NCBI GenBank assembly: GCA_000708835.1
Contig: DF237239.1
Span: 1 to 64,000 of the forward strand
Direction of reading: 5' to 3'
From: Klebsormidium nitens
Lineage: Eukaryota; Plantae; Klebsormidiophyceae
DNA: 64,000 nucleotides
The position numbers and the translations under genes are program-made. Positions within the stretch are counted from its first letter, which is position 1; each line of letters begins with the position of its first letter. The notes under the pieces are model-generated. The model was not told the DNA's origin and ran no database searches. It saw nothing but the letters and a program-made list of their open reading frames with translations. This document shows, piece after piece, positions 38,401 to 50,700 of this stretch.

Positions 38401-41400
38401 TCACGACAGACGAGCTGGCGGAACTGGTGGCGGTCGATGCAGAAAAGTGAGGACCCACGTCATTGTCTCTGTGCCGGGCAATGATGAGGTCGCACCAGGT
38501 TACATTTTCGCACCAGGTTACATTTTCGCACCAGGTTACACTTTCTGCTGTTCTATCCAACGACTGTTTTGGGCGAAGACGTGATCGCAAGTGTATCGTT
38601 CTGCTTGAGATTCTGAAGACAACTTTGACTGTAGTGACGGGCTTGTGTGTGGCAAAAGCGCTCGGCCCGAGGGGACAACTAGACGGAGCGGTTTTGTGGC
38701 GCAGGCACCCGTTGCTGCAGCGGTGCCCGGTGTGCGGGGAGGACATCAGTGACAAGGACGCGCTGAACGCGGTGGTGCACATGTCGCTCTGCTTTAATGA
38801 GGGCTCCACCAACACCATCATGACCGGGGGGTTCCTAACCGAGGCGCAAGCCACCCACGGGTGAGGGGGGCTAAGAGAATCTAGATAGGGTCCAGGGTAT
38901 GGTGGGTTTGCGTACTTTTCTTCGCCCCCTAGAGGATTCAAAGAAGATGTTTGAGCTCTGAATTTCCAAGGCATTACACTAAAAATGAGGATGTAGTGTA
39001 CGTCGTCAATTTCGGAAGTTGTACTAACGACTTAACAGCAGTAGTCAGGGCTCGGACGACCGAACATATTGGTCTCGCTGGGACGGAGCAAGGGAGGCAG
39101 TGTTTTGAACTTCCACAGATCCTCGGATTTTCACATGGGCTTGGCAAGACAGGTGATCTAGGTGATCTAGGGTAATGTAGTGGAAAGAGACGGGTCGAGC
39201 AGAAAGGTCCCGAAAGCCAGGATTCTCATATCCCTGGACAATGAAGCGCTGCTCTCTTGATACCGCCAGGTGGATGTTCCGAATGAGCGAGTGGGCGCAC
39301 TGGTCCAGCTACGACGTGGGGCTGCACCAGGGCGCCAATGCGAGCCACATCCTGGTGAGCGCTCGATCTTGCTTGGCATCCAAGAGTTGGCCTTCTGATA
39401 GTTCTAGGCTTGTCCTTATTTTCACGCAAGATCCTGAGAACAGTACAGCTTACATCTGTTTTAAGTTGATTCAAGTTTGGCGCAGAGTGTTGTCATGCTG
39501 GTGTTGTACTGAGGCAGTCTGGCAGAGCAAAGGATGTAAGCCCCAGGTCAATTTGAGCTGAGACAGTGTGAACGCCGTATTGCATTCTTCTGTTTGCAGA
39601 TTTCTGACTCGCAGCAAATGTCATATCTCCTCAAAATCAGTGTGGATGAGGCAACTCTTACAAGAGGGCCCTTGCCGAACGATATCCTGAGCAGTGTGTA
39701 GATGTACTGCTGTTCCCTCACCCGGCAGGTATTCGACCGGACGCAAAAGCGGCTGCGCGAAGAGTTGATTGACAACAAGATCGTGCTGGCCATGCGCGCT
39801 ATCTACCAGTCCAAGCTCGGCCTCGTACTCCTCGACGCAGGCAAGTCGCCTCTACGAGTTTGTCTAATCATATCTGCCCCTAATCCCTTTAGGAAACCGG
39901 AAAGAGGTAGACCCCATTCAAAGAAGCATCAGCCAACAGCAGAAATAACTAGCGAGCTAACAATCAATGGACAGCACGGCGTACGATAAGCGTCATAGCA
40001 ATCCTGGGGCCGCAAAGTGAATGGACGAAAGAGAAACTGCAGCTTGAAGTTAGCTTGGGACTGTGCTAGGTTCAAGGCTGATGATGTATGAGGTTGGCTG
40101 TCATCATATTCGAGCGGAAAATATGGTTCGCCTTGAGACGATAGCATCGGCGTCCTGTTTCGGTAGGCCAGAGTCACGCATTTCGAATGTGCAACGAGCA
40201 AGAGTATTCACTTTCGCATGGGCAGTGCCGAGATAACACCTTACAAGGCACCTGGACGTCAAAGGAATAATCTTGATGAGCATTCTCAGCGAAACAGAGC
40301 AAGCGTCTGGGTGTGCTGGCAACCAAGCAACTACTGAACACTAATGATACTAGCAGGGTTGCAGACTAGCTTCCCAGAAGCTTTGCTTACGGGCGAGAAC
40401 TTTTTGAAAGGGCCTTACGATTACTAGCCTTAGATACAGCTTTGAAGTTAGCGGAGTAACAAGGAGCCTTCAGCGAAGTTGACGTTCGTTATGATGGATA
40501 ATAATAAGCTCCGACTAACCCTAAAAACCCTGACCCAAAAGGGTATCTGCTTGGCACCCCTACCCACCCTAACCACAAACTAACCCTACCCGTCCCAGTG
40601 CGGTTACCTTGTTTTTATCTCCGCTTGATATGTATGTTTCTTGAGTTCGATATCATTCTGTTTGACAGGCACGCGGCGCTACTTGGCGAGCATGTCGGAG
40701 AAGCAGGGCCTGCTGATGGACAAGCCGGAGAGCGCGGCTGCCATCCCCAAGTTCCTCAAGGCATTTGAGGGCGAAATCAACGTCGACGAGATGAAGCTGC
40801 CGCTCTCCGAGTTCAAGGTGCGGCACTTGGCCCTTTCAAAGGTCTAATGCATTGCATGCTGAACCCGTGTCACCTATGCACAAACAGAACAGATGCGTTG
40901 TGGTGCCTCTGAATCTCAATATGAACTGCTCGAGAGAGCGTTGGGTTTGTCAAAGCCCATAAACGGGACTTTAAGTGGAGCACCGGGTGGAGCAATCGGA
41001 TCCCAAACATCGTCAGGTGCAGCAAGCCCAAAAACGGGGAGGTGTCGATGTTCTGAGGAACAGAAAGTCCTCATGGATGTTTCGCAAGCATGATTTTATA
41101 TAACCAAGAAGCTATCTACAGATTCTTCATACCTAAAAGCCAAGGGTATCTGACACCCATGTCGGAGCACTCTCGAGAAGCCGAGATGCTTGGTGCCTCT
41201 CCCTTTGCAGAGTGTCTGACACGTGGCCTCTCTCGTTCCGCAGACCTTCAACGAGTTTTTCACACGCGAGTTGAAGCCGAGCGTCCGACCAATCAGCTCG
41301 CCCGAAAATGATAACGTGGCAGTGTGCGCCGCAGACTGCCGCCTCATGGCTTTCAACGATCTCGATGCTGCCACGCGTTTTTGGGTCAAGGTGAATGGCC

Positions 41401-44400
41401 GCGAGATCATGCATTCGTAGGCTTTCAGGGGTGTCTTTCCGCCTCATTCAAGTGACAGCAGTTGGGCGCAGAGGAGACGGGAACGTCATATTGAACTCAA
41501 GAAAGATAATAATAAGCCAAGATAATAATAAGGTAACCGCACTGGGACGGGTAGGGTTGGTTTGGTGGTTAGGGTGGGTACGGGTGGGGAGCAGGTATCT
41601 TTTTGGGTAAGGGTTTAGTGTTGGTTGGAGCTTATTATTATCTTGGCTTATTATTATCTTTCTTGAGAATTATGAACGTCATTGCAACCAGTGCGGACTT
41701 CATGTCTCTGGCTGGTCACATGCATCAAAGTCATCAACTTGACATCTTATCCGGCAATAGCCAATCCTATTCCGCCATATGTCGTCCGCGTCTATGTAAG
41801 GCGCCCTTGTACAGTCAGCCTTCAGCACGTAGCTTGGCGCAGTGCTTGATCAATTTTGAAGGTAACGACTCTCTGGTGAAAATCGTAGCATCGGCGGTAG
41901 AAACGATGCTGACGTCACCCTTTCTCTGCAGGGGCGGAAGTTCTCTTTGGCGGGGCTCCTTGCCGATAAGCATTTGGGCAAGGAGTTTGAGGGGGGCAGC
42001 ATGGCCATCTTCCGATTAGCCCCGCAGGTCAGCGCCACAGCTCAAACCGAGGGACTTTGAACTTGGTGCGCTCAATTGCGGACGTTTCACGATTCGGACG
42101 GGAAACTCAATATTCGGCCTCAGTAAACCCAGTTTGCCGCTGCTCGAGTGCGTCAATTCGGATGTCACGTTGGAAGTAGCTTCAGGAGAGTTGCCATGCG
42201 CAACATGCAGACTGGATCGAATAGTTCAAAGTCAAACTTTGGGCTTGCCACTTCAAAAGGAGAAACGTCCGGAATCGGCCGCATCAATCTTACGCGGAAA
42301 TTACATCACACGTGCAACTGCAAGATCGATTTTATGGCAACAATGTTACTCTCTGCCGATATTGCTGATGCTTGAGCCTCGTTTTCTTAAAACGAGGTTG
42401 GTCTCACTTTTGTTCTCCAGATGGATCTTATCCAGACTATCAATGCTTCAGTCTTAGAAGAGCAAACAGGCCATATTGGAGCGGTTCATCTCAACCTCAC
42501 GTTGGTGCGGTTTTGAATATCTCCGCAGGACTACCACCGGTTCCACTTCCCCGTGACCTGCACTGTCGGAAGCATCACCCCCGTCAAAGGTCATCTTTTC
42601 ACGGTGAGCAGCCACATTCCCGAGCCTTCGGGCGCTTGTCAATTTTCTCCGGAACTGACAGCACCGGACTTGTCACAAGTCAAGCATGCCGTTCCAAGCT
42701 AGCTTCTTCGAGCCATGCCGCATATTCGCTTCAATCAGCAGTCGCAGGCGGCCTTATGTGCGCATTACATCAGAGAATCGTGGTCCAGTAAGTTAGGATT
42801 CTAATACCAAGAGATCAGGCTTTAGTCACAACTCCGCGCTCCGCCGCCGATGAGAACGCAATGATGGCGTACTGATGCCCCAAAATTTGTTGTCGTGGCT
42901 TCTTTGAATTTATCGCCGCTTTGGACGGGAGGTGCTCTTTCGTAGAGTTCCAGCATGCAGGCCTCAAGACGAACAAGAAGCGGTCCGGGCTTTGCAGGTC
43001 AACCCAATCGCAGTCAACAGCAAGTATTGCGACGTGTTTACGGAGAACAAGCGGAGTGTGGCAATCCTTAAAACGAAGGAGTTTGGCGATGTAAGAACTG
43101 CTTTTCCTCGCTCTTCCAAGTGCTTGGTTGGACAATTTGCTCTTAACAAGGTCCTACCATTATTGTTTCTGCAGAAGCAGCGCCGAAAAGAAATCCAAGG
43201 CAGTTGCCAATATCCACCTCTCTCTAATTGGAACTGGAAGCATTGGCAAAGTCTGTGAAACCAAGCAAGTGACTCTTCCCGGCATATCGTTTCGGGAGTT
43301 TCAATCCGGCTCTAGGCCGTGCAGGGCTCCTACTAAGCCTTTCCCGCAGCTTGTGAGTTTGGCGCAGCTGCGTGTTCACGCCTCTCGCCATAAGGCGACG
43401 TCAGACTCTCTGCAATGTTTTGGAGGAAAAAGTGCGTGATCCTTTGCAGGTCGCCTTTGTTGCCATCGGTGCGACTATGGTGGGCACCATCACCTTCTTG
43501 AAAAGCGTGGGAGAGCAGGCGCAAAAAGGGGACCAGGTGGGCACCGGAATTGCAGCCTCGTCGCCGGGCTTGGGCACACCAAAAACAACGTTCCTGAAAG
43601 ATTGTGTGATGGATCTTAGAATGATGCTCGGACTCTCTTAACATATATGGACGTGTTCAGACGGCTTTGGAGAGTAAGGATCGCTGGTCAAATGACAGGG
43701 CCTCCACGACTTGCCACGTGGCTAGTACGCAGCTTGACGCAAATCAAGAATATGAAAGCTCCAGGACCACTCCCACAGTACTGACTACCTTCTCAAAGCC
43801 GTTTCAGAGTGCACCCACGTCCTGAAGAAGAAGACTGACTTCCTTATCGCCTCGTGACAACTCAAGTCTGGCTCTGCATTCGAACTTGCAGTTTGGCCAC
43901 TTCAAATTTGGGGGAAGCACATGCATCGTCGTCTTCAAAAAGGTGAGCGCCGACTCTGTTTACCAGCAGACTGCTTCATCGTCATCTCTGCTGAACAGAG
44001 CTGAGCTGCAGAAATGCTTAACCTATGCTTTTCTCAAATTGAGTCAGGCTTCCGACCATGATGCCAATCTGCTCAAACCGTTCGCCATCCTTGTTCCCCT
44101 TGCCAGGACGCTATTTCTTTGGACGAGGATCTGATTGCAAACAGTGAACGGTCGCTTGAGACTCTGGTCCAGCTGGGGCAAACTCTAGGGGTTGCTAAGG
44201 GTAAGACGACAGTCTCCTCCTTCCTTTCTTGCCCCGCAGAAACTGCCCTTCTCCTTGTCTTCTTGTCACCGACGCCTCAAAACGGCAAAGTTGGAAAGTA
44301 GGGTCGCGTCAAAGCAGGAACATGCCGCTCTCAAAAAGTCCTTTTAAGGACTCTCAGACACGCACGTTGACTTAGTAGCAGTTTGTTACTTCTTGACGCG

Positions 44401-45824
44401 TCATCAGCTTTGGCTTTCTTAGCGAAGCGTCGGAGTCCGAGCCCAGTCGTTTGCTACTAATTTTCGCGTACGGTAACTGCAAACTATCAGTTACGCCGAG
44501 CTGCGCCCAAGCTAACCAAATCGTGACTGCATTACATAAGTGCATCTGGAATTAGCTAAAAGCCCGAGCGAACAAAGAAGGTGCCTAGCAGAAAACGTTG
44601 CACCTTCCGAGCTTGCCACCTCGCAACTGATCACCATCAACATCTGATTCCCTTTCGATCATTGCCAGGTGTCCCCGTCATGACGCGACGGCCGTCGATA
44701 TACGACTCAGTTGTCGGGGTGGAGGGGCTGCCGTCGAGCAGGCCCCATTTCGTCACGGAAGAGACCGCCGTGCCCGGCGTTCAGCACGTGGACCTGCCGG
44801 CCTCGCCCCAAAACGAGGCCCCCTCAACCAGCGGGGAGCCGCCGAATACTCCCAGCATGAGAACGCCGCCGGCCATGCCCCGGGAACGACGAGACGGTGA
44901 GGCATCCGGATGTCCATTGCGTGCTTTAATTTGAGGATTTATTCGTCATGGTGCATTATTCCACCCAAAGGGTATGGTTGCTGAAGAAAGTATCTCTTTT
45001 GTTGTCGAAGGACCCCAAGGCAGTGACTTGAGTTTGCTTATGTGGGTTGGGATGGAGCGAGACGGGCTGGAGTCATTAATATCCGGAGCAGAAAAAGTCG
45101 CCCTGGTCCAGGAACGATTGAAATCGTGGGATTGGAGCAGAGGTTTGACCTTTTCAAGAAAGTCATCTCGACTCTGAAGGGATTCAAGTCCCTTCAGCCA
45201 CAGTTTGGCCTTGAGAAATTCGTTCAACAACAAACCGGCATTGCATCGTCTGCTCTTTACGGAACTGGTAGGCATTCCCGTTATCTCGCAGCCCGGACCT
45301 CGCAGTCCAGCGACTCCAAATCCTGCTTGCCCATTTCATCTTAGCACAGAGCACAGCCTATCACGTCTCAAGCGTTTTCGTTTGCCTTTCCGTTGCAGAC
45401 GGGTCGTTGACTCCGCACGACCAGGTGTACGCGAGCCTGACGAGCGAAGAGCGGCAGCTCTTAGGGGATCACGCAGCGCGGCTACAAGCAGTCTGGCGCG
45501 GCCGCACTGCGCGGACCAGTCTGAAGATGCCCGGGAACACGCCCCCGAGTGGGAACACCCCGCAAACAGTGAGTATGTTTGCCCGGTCAGGGAACACCGA
45601 GCACTCCTTTGTTGAGGCTGAGGTCTGCTTGGTCTTCACTTCAGGAAAGCGGACTTCCGAGTCAACGCTGCCTGGATGCAGGCGATCTACAAAGGCTCGA
45701 AAGAAGCCCGGCATGTGCGAGCTTGAATTTCTTGCCTTGCGAAAAGGGATGGCAATGTGCTCTGCGATCCATGGGGTCACTCGACCGTCCGAAGCAGTTG
45801 ACCTTGGACCTTGCTCGCTTCTGA
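35422..45824 (+). CDS. PSD2: Phosphatidylserine decarboxylase proenzyme, type II (PSD2/PSD3-like; C2, 2 EF-hands, PSD domain) with C-terminal extension, ~790-826 aa
   Basis: Exons 35422-35625, 36054-36133, 36627-36711, 36954-37022, 37586-37678, 37956-38090, 38355-38446, 38705-38860, 39270-39354, 39729-39840, 40669-40817, 41244-41390, 41932-42027, 42529-42603, 42998-43090, 43450-43536, 43892-43942, 44107-44200, 44669-44896, 45399-45568, then 45645-45824 or 46103-46171. Motifs: EF-hands DRDQNGILSLAEF and DKNGDGIVTTDEL, CPVC, TFNEFFTRELKP, FRLAPQDYHRFH, VNPIAVNS, and the autocatalytic FGGST at 43910-43921. Last exon uncertain. Confidence 0.95.
37023..37585 (+). other. GC-AG intron (PSD intron 4)
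   Basis: Donor GAG|GCGAGT. Phase 0 is required by the next exon, read-through hits TGA within 5 codons, and no phase-0 GT precedes it. Confidence 0.8.
38491..38544 (+). repeat. 18-bp tandem repeat x3 (CGCACCAGGTTACATTTT) in PSD intron 7
   Basis: Units 38491-38508, 38509-38526, 38527-38544; the last has one mismatch. Confidence 0.9.
39841..40668 (+). other. GC-AG intron (PSD intron 10)
   Basis: Donor GCAG|GCAAGT gives the phase 1 needed to read LDAG|TRRYLASMSEKQG, colinear with plant PSD2 (MDQGAKEILQNLSEKQG). Confidence 0.85.
40497..40651 (-). mobile_element. G-rich MITE family copy, reverse orientation, one end truncated, adjacent to the PSD intron 10 acceptor
   Basis: Reverse complement reads ATCGAACTCAAGAAAC...ACAAGGTAACCGCACTGGGACGGGTAGGGTTAGTTTGTGGTTAGGGTGGGTA...GGAGCTTATTATTATC, homologous to 41490-41673. 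Confidence 0.85.
41490..41673 (+). mobile_element. Intact G-rich MITE, 184 bp, 37-bp perfect subterminal inverted repeats, 9-bp TSD (Mutator-like signature)
   Basis: CTCAAGAAAGATAATAATAAGCCAAGATAATAATAAG from 41496 has its exact reverse complement ending at 41667. TSD GAACGTCAT at 41481-41489 and 41674-41682. Lies in PSD intron 12. Confidence 0.9.
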
Positions 45825-47780
45825 TTTGTCATGTTGAAGCTGAGATTGGAACGTCTAGACTCCCGCATGGAAATACTCGTCTTTACTTGTTTGCGAGTTG
45901 TCGAAAGGCCGTGTTCTATAAACGGGGAAAAGCTCTTGCTGAGAAAAATTTCTAGCACTTCACTATTCAGGCAAAGGTTCCTTGCGCGTTTCCAAATGCT
46001 AGCTGTTTTAGGCTTTTCGGAAGGAATGGTGAGCTGTCGGGATCCTACGCAACACTCACATTGTCCTCAAGCGATTGACTCTGATTGCTTTTTCCCGTGC
46101 AGTCGCCGAAAGTAGACGACTCAAAAGGTCATCCTCAAAAGGCCTCGGGGACATCCAGGCAGCAAACATGAACTGCTTGTTAGCTCCTTGATTCAATACT
46201 ACCATAACGTTCTACAGAGTCCCAAGAAGCTAAAGTGTTTGGCGATCAAAGTTACGTTGGGGTTGACCCATGTCGTTATCAAAGCGTCACGTTCAGTGTT
46301 TCTGTGGTCGGACTTCTGCCCTTGTCTTGCCCTCCTTCCTTACTACGGCTCGATGCTATTAGTGACGAATGGATGGGATGTAACAAGTCGAAGGTCGAGA
46401 ATGGCTTTTTCCCCTCCTGTCACAAACGTAGCCTTGCATGCACGGGGGATCAATTAACTAGTGGCGCTTACATCCTTGGGAAGAACGACATTCTGGATCC
46501 GAAAATGGGGTATCCAGGACTGCGGGCGCAATAATAAAAGCCGCTTACTTCCTGTCAATGGCTTGAAAAATAGATCCTCCTCAAGCATGTTATACGTCAG
46601 TGCATCATATACCGGGCCGTATGTTACGCGTTTTTATAAGCGCTCTGGAACATTGCATGTGCTGCAATCCGGCCTAGGCTGCCCTGCCTTTCAGGCATCC
46701 AACCGAACAAGCGGCCCCGTGGCCAGGGCCTGGCCAGCCGGGGGCCCACAGGATCAAAATACAAAGTTGTCAGTATAACCATTGTACGCGTGCGACAGTC
46801 ACAGTGCATTGAACACGTCTTGATCAATGGGTCATCGAATGGGACGGATCGAAGTTCTGCGTGACCTGCTGCATGCGACAAACATGTGATGGCCTGACGT
46901 TTGCAAATGCATATATATGTCAAAAGCGATGTATCATGTGTGTTGAGGCAACAACACAGCAAGAATAATTCCGGGGTCACTGGCTACTTTGCGGCTCCGT
47001 ACTGTAAAGCAAGGATTAAGGAAAGGCTGATGCTGAGCTACTTGATTCATGCATGGGGTTTTCGTGCATGTACGCCAGAAGCCGTTAGCTCTTGTCAATC
47101 ATTGAGTTTGGTATGGTGGGCACGCTCTCGAGTTCGACGGCTATTCGGGCTATGACACTCAGAGGATGCTTTGCTGCGTCGTGCTTTCGAGATGGAATAC
47201 CAAGCATTTGGTGCGGTGCATACGGAGTTGTCGAGCTTTATTGGCTCATCGCTTTCAGGGCTGGAAGGACCGAGTCGCGCAGTATGTTGGCCGGTCGATC
47301 AATCTTCTGTGGGCTCGAAGATGTCGTTTGCTGGACGTCGCCTTGTGAACGATTGACGCCAGAGTTGCCAGCCAAGTGCTCTTGTCGTTTCTTGTACTGG
47401 ACAAGGAGAAGCTTCTAGGGACGAACGTAATGTGTCCGGCTTCACCAACCACAGTTAACGCCCTTAACTATCAGCGCCTTCCACTGTCCATTTGCGTCAA
47501 CCGTCCGAGAACTGCCGTGTTCTTTGGCGCCCGATTGTTCTTACTTCCAGCTTGTCATTCTGGGCTTGTCGTGAGTTCCACGCAATGCAACGGTTGCTCG
47601 TTCGTCACGTTAATCATCATCATCATTATCCGGACTCATGATGCGACGGGGTTTCCGGCACAGACTCATTGCATGGTTACAAAGCCATGTTGCGTGGCTC
47701 GAACACGTGCCTCATGGACATTCTCGTGCCGTTTACTCCTCAAGAACTCAAGGAATCTGTAGGCGTTCATTGGCCTCGTC

Positions 47781-50700
47781 TTACCCTTGTTGCATACTGG
47801 GCATGACTGGGAAGTCGGACTCCTTGGCCCGTTTGTAGAGGATGGCGGAAGCTTCGAGCCTGAAGGGAAACATGCGGCCTGCTAGAGATCACGCGCCGAT
47901 GCCACGGCTGCTTTGAGCGAAGCATTGATGGCAAGCTTCAGAACCGAGGCGGTCGGCTGCACGAAAAGAAAGACTACTGCCATAGAGGAGCGAAACGGGT
48001 TGCTTTTTACAGCGACTACTCACCAGTGAGGATTCACCACGTGGCGGTTGTTCTTGAGAGCCCAGTGAACCTGCAAAGCGAAGAGCTCGGAAACTGTAAC
48101 CTGCACTTCATAACATGGTATAGGCAGAGCCAGGGGCGCAATTGTACGAGACAGTCCGTCTTCGGCAACAGAAGGTTTTGATGGGCGGAATTGATTACGA
48201 CTCGACATATCTGGAGCCAGAAAACGTTGATCACGAGTATGACTCCAGGGCCGAAATCCTTGCGGAGACGTTCCCCCGCTACCTTGTCGGTGCCCAAGGC
48301 CACGGCCACCACGTGGGTGACGGACTCGTCCAGCTTCAACGTACACGTGGCACCAAACTGCTCCGCCATGCGCCATTTGCCGTTCTGCTGCGGGTGCGCC
48401 GTCCCTTGCTGCAGCAAAGAGAGCGGCCGGAACCGACCGGCTCAGACAGCGGAGAGTTTTTTCCAATCAGAATTGCGCAGGGCGCGTTGCAAGCGCAAGC
48501 GAGTAGCTATGGAAAACATCCGGAAGAGGAAAAGCACAACAAGCTCGTGATACGGGAAGCAAGCTTGGCGTGAAGCTGGTCAGAACAACGTCAGGTCGAC
48601 AAAGCGAAGACGTTGCAATCCTGATCCGGATACAGATTAGGCCCAGCTGTCTAGCTTGAACTAATCGACAGTCCAATTCCAACTCGGCTCCGTAACAGAT
48701 GGCCAGGTATGATTTCCTGCTTCCCCCGCCACACGCAAGCCTTCCTCACCGGGAACACCCTGCTGAACACGATCCGCACTCCCTGCAAAATACTCTTCTG
48801 GATCTTCTGCAGGATGTCCCGGGCATCCACCCGGGCTGCATCGCCATGTGCCCGGAGCGCCCGGAAGAAGTCCCCGTGCACTTGCTCCATCACCCGGGAA
48901 GCTGACGCCAGCATGCCGTCGTGCGCACGCTCGTCGTGGCCCAGCTCGAACAGCGCCGGGCCCTTCTGGCCGAACTGCTGCGGGCTGCCGGGGAAGTACA
49001 TGTACCTGCTCAGGGGACGAGAGCCGAGAATAAGTATTGAACTCAAGAGATATTTCGACAATCAGCCGAGATAAATACAAGGTAACCGCACTGGGACGGG
49101 TGGGTTAGTTTGGTGGTTAGGGTGGGTATAGGTGCGGAGCAGGTGTCTTTTCGGGTTGGGATTTTTAGTGCTTATTATTATCTTGGCTTGTTGTCATATT
49201 TCTTGATATTTATAGAAATTGGCAGGCCCCGTTTGCAATACCATACCTCACAGTCGGAAGGAGCTGCCAAGCACAGAAGCTTCATCTGCGTGGAGAAGTC
49301 AGCTGAGAATCGAGCTGGTCAGAGCTGCATCGCAAGCTGCAGCGATCAGAAGCTCGTGGAAGCAAAGGTTGTCTGGGGGACCGACACAGGGTACTGGACC
49401 GGATCTTCCTGAGACGCTCGAGGAGGCAGTCACAAAAGAGATATCCGAAGGCTGATGCTTTTGTCAGCCCCAATCCAAACAAAATGTTCGGTACCCAAAC
49501 ACACAAGGAGAGAAAATGCCAGCGCTGCGGTGCCCACCTTTCGACGACGATGAGGTTTTGGAAGTGATGCGGCCACACTTTGACGTTGTCGTCGATGATG
49601 AGGACGCAGGACTCCATGCCCAGCACGCCATCCAGATCTTTGCTGCGCAGCGGGGCGGGGGAGTCCCCCGGGGCAGATGGGGGGTCCTCCAAGGTGTCGC
49701 CTTTGCTGATTATCCGCCCGGCGAAGTAGTCCCCGGTCGGGTCCAGGATCTGGGCCATGCGCGTAGCGTAGACGCTATTTCCCATGGTATAAACGTGAAG
49801 CTCGTACAGCTGGCTAGCCTGAACGAGAGAAACCGAGAGGGATTAGCTTCATGAAAGAGTGGCAGGGAGAGGACGCAACCAGGCGGAGGCCTATGACTTC
49901 TGAGCTCGATATCAAAGCAAGATCGCACTGATTGAGCAAGTACAAAGTCTTCAATAACTGGTTCTTAACCAGTCGGCTTTTCGAAGGCTACCGCCTTGAA
50001 CAGCATTAGATTTTCACCAATCATTCACACAGCAGGCACGGACGTAACAGGAACAATGAAGCATTCCTGCTTAACTTCAAGTTCCATGGCATAGCAGGGC
50101 GGACCAGTTTCCACAAAAAATCACAGTGGCGTGACTCTCAGCAGTGACGTCAGCAGTACGCTGTCACCTTCTTGAGGAAGGTCGCGACGCCTGGCCGGAG
50201 CTTGGTCCACAGCTGCATGTCTGCGAAGCGGTGCAGCTCGCGCGGCCGAACGGGGTCGGCCCGACACGCCGCGTCCTCCCCCGCCAGCTTCGCCTCCAGC
50301 TTCTCGGCCCACCCGGGGCCCGCAGTCGCGATGTCGGAGAACTGCGCATGATGAAAGATGATACGACCATCATAGTCTGCTTTGACGTTGCTTCCAGACA
50401 AAGTCTGCCAGATTCTCGAGCTTATCTGGAATCTGCTTTGCAGCTAGATGTCAAGCTGAGGTTCGACGATCGTTGATAGGGGACAAGCAGTCGCAGGCTC
50501 AAAGTACGCAGCGCAGAGCATAATTGCTCAAATCGTAGTCCGCACCAGCTTCTCCTCGGACTTGAATCTTGATTGGCGTTCTTTCTGGAACACGGATTTA
50601 CTCACGTCACAAAAAAGGTGGGATTGCATGGATACAGCAAAACGGGGCCTTCGACCTAGCATGGTGCCGTGTATCCAGTCTGGACATCCCTTCCTCTTTT

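Noticed and set aside
46713-46746. GC-rich hairpin between the convergent PSD and CPL3 genes
   Set aside because: Isolated and imperfect, with no ncRNA or transposon context; intrinsic terminators do not apply to Pol II.
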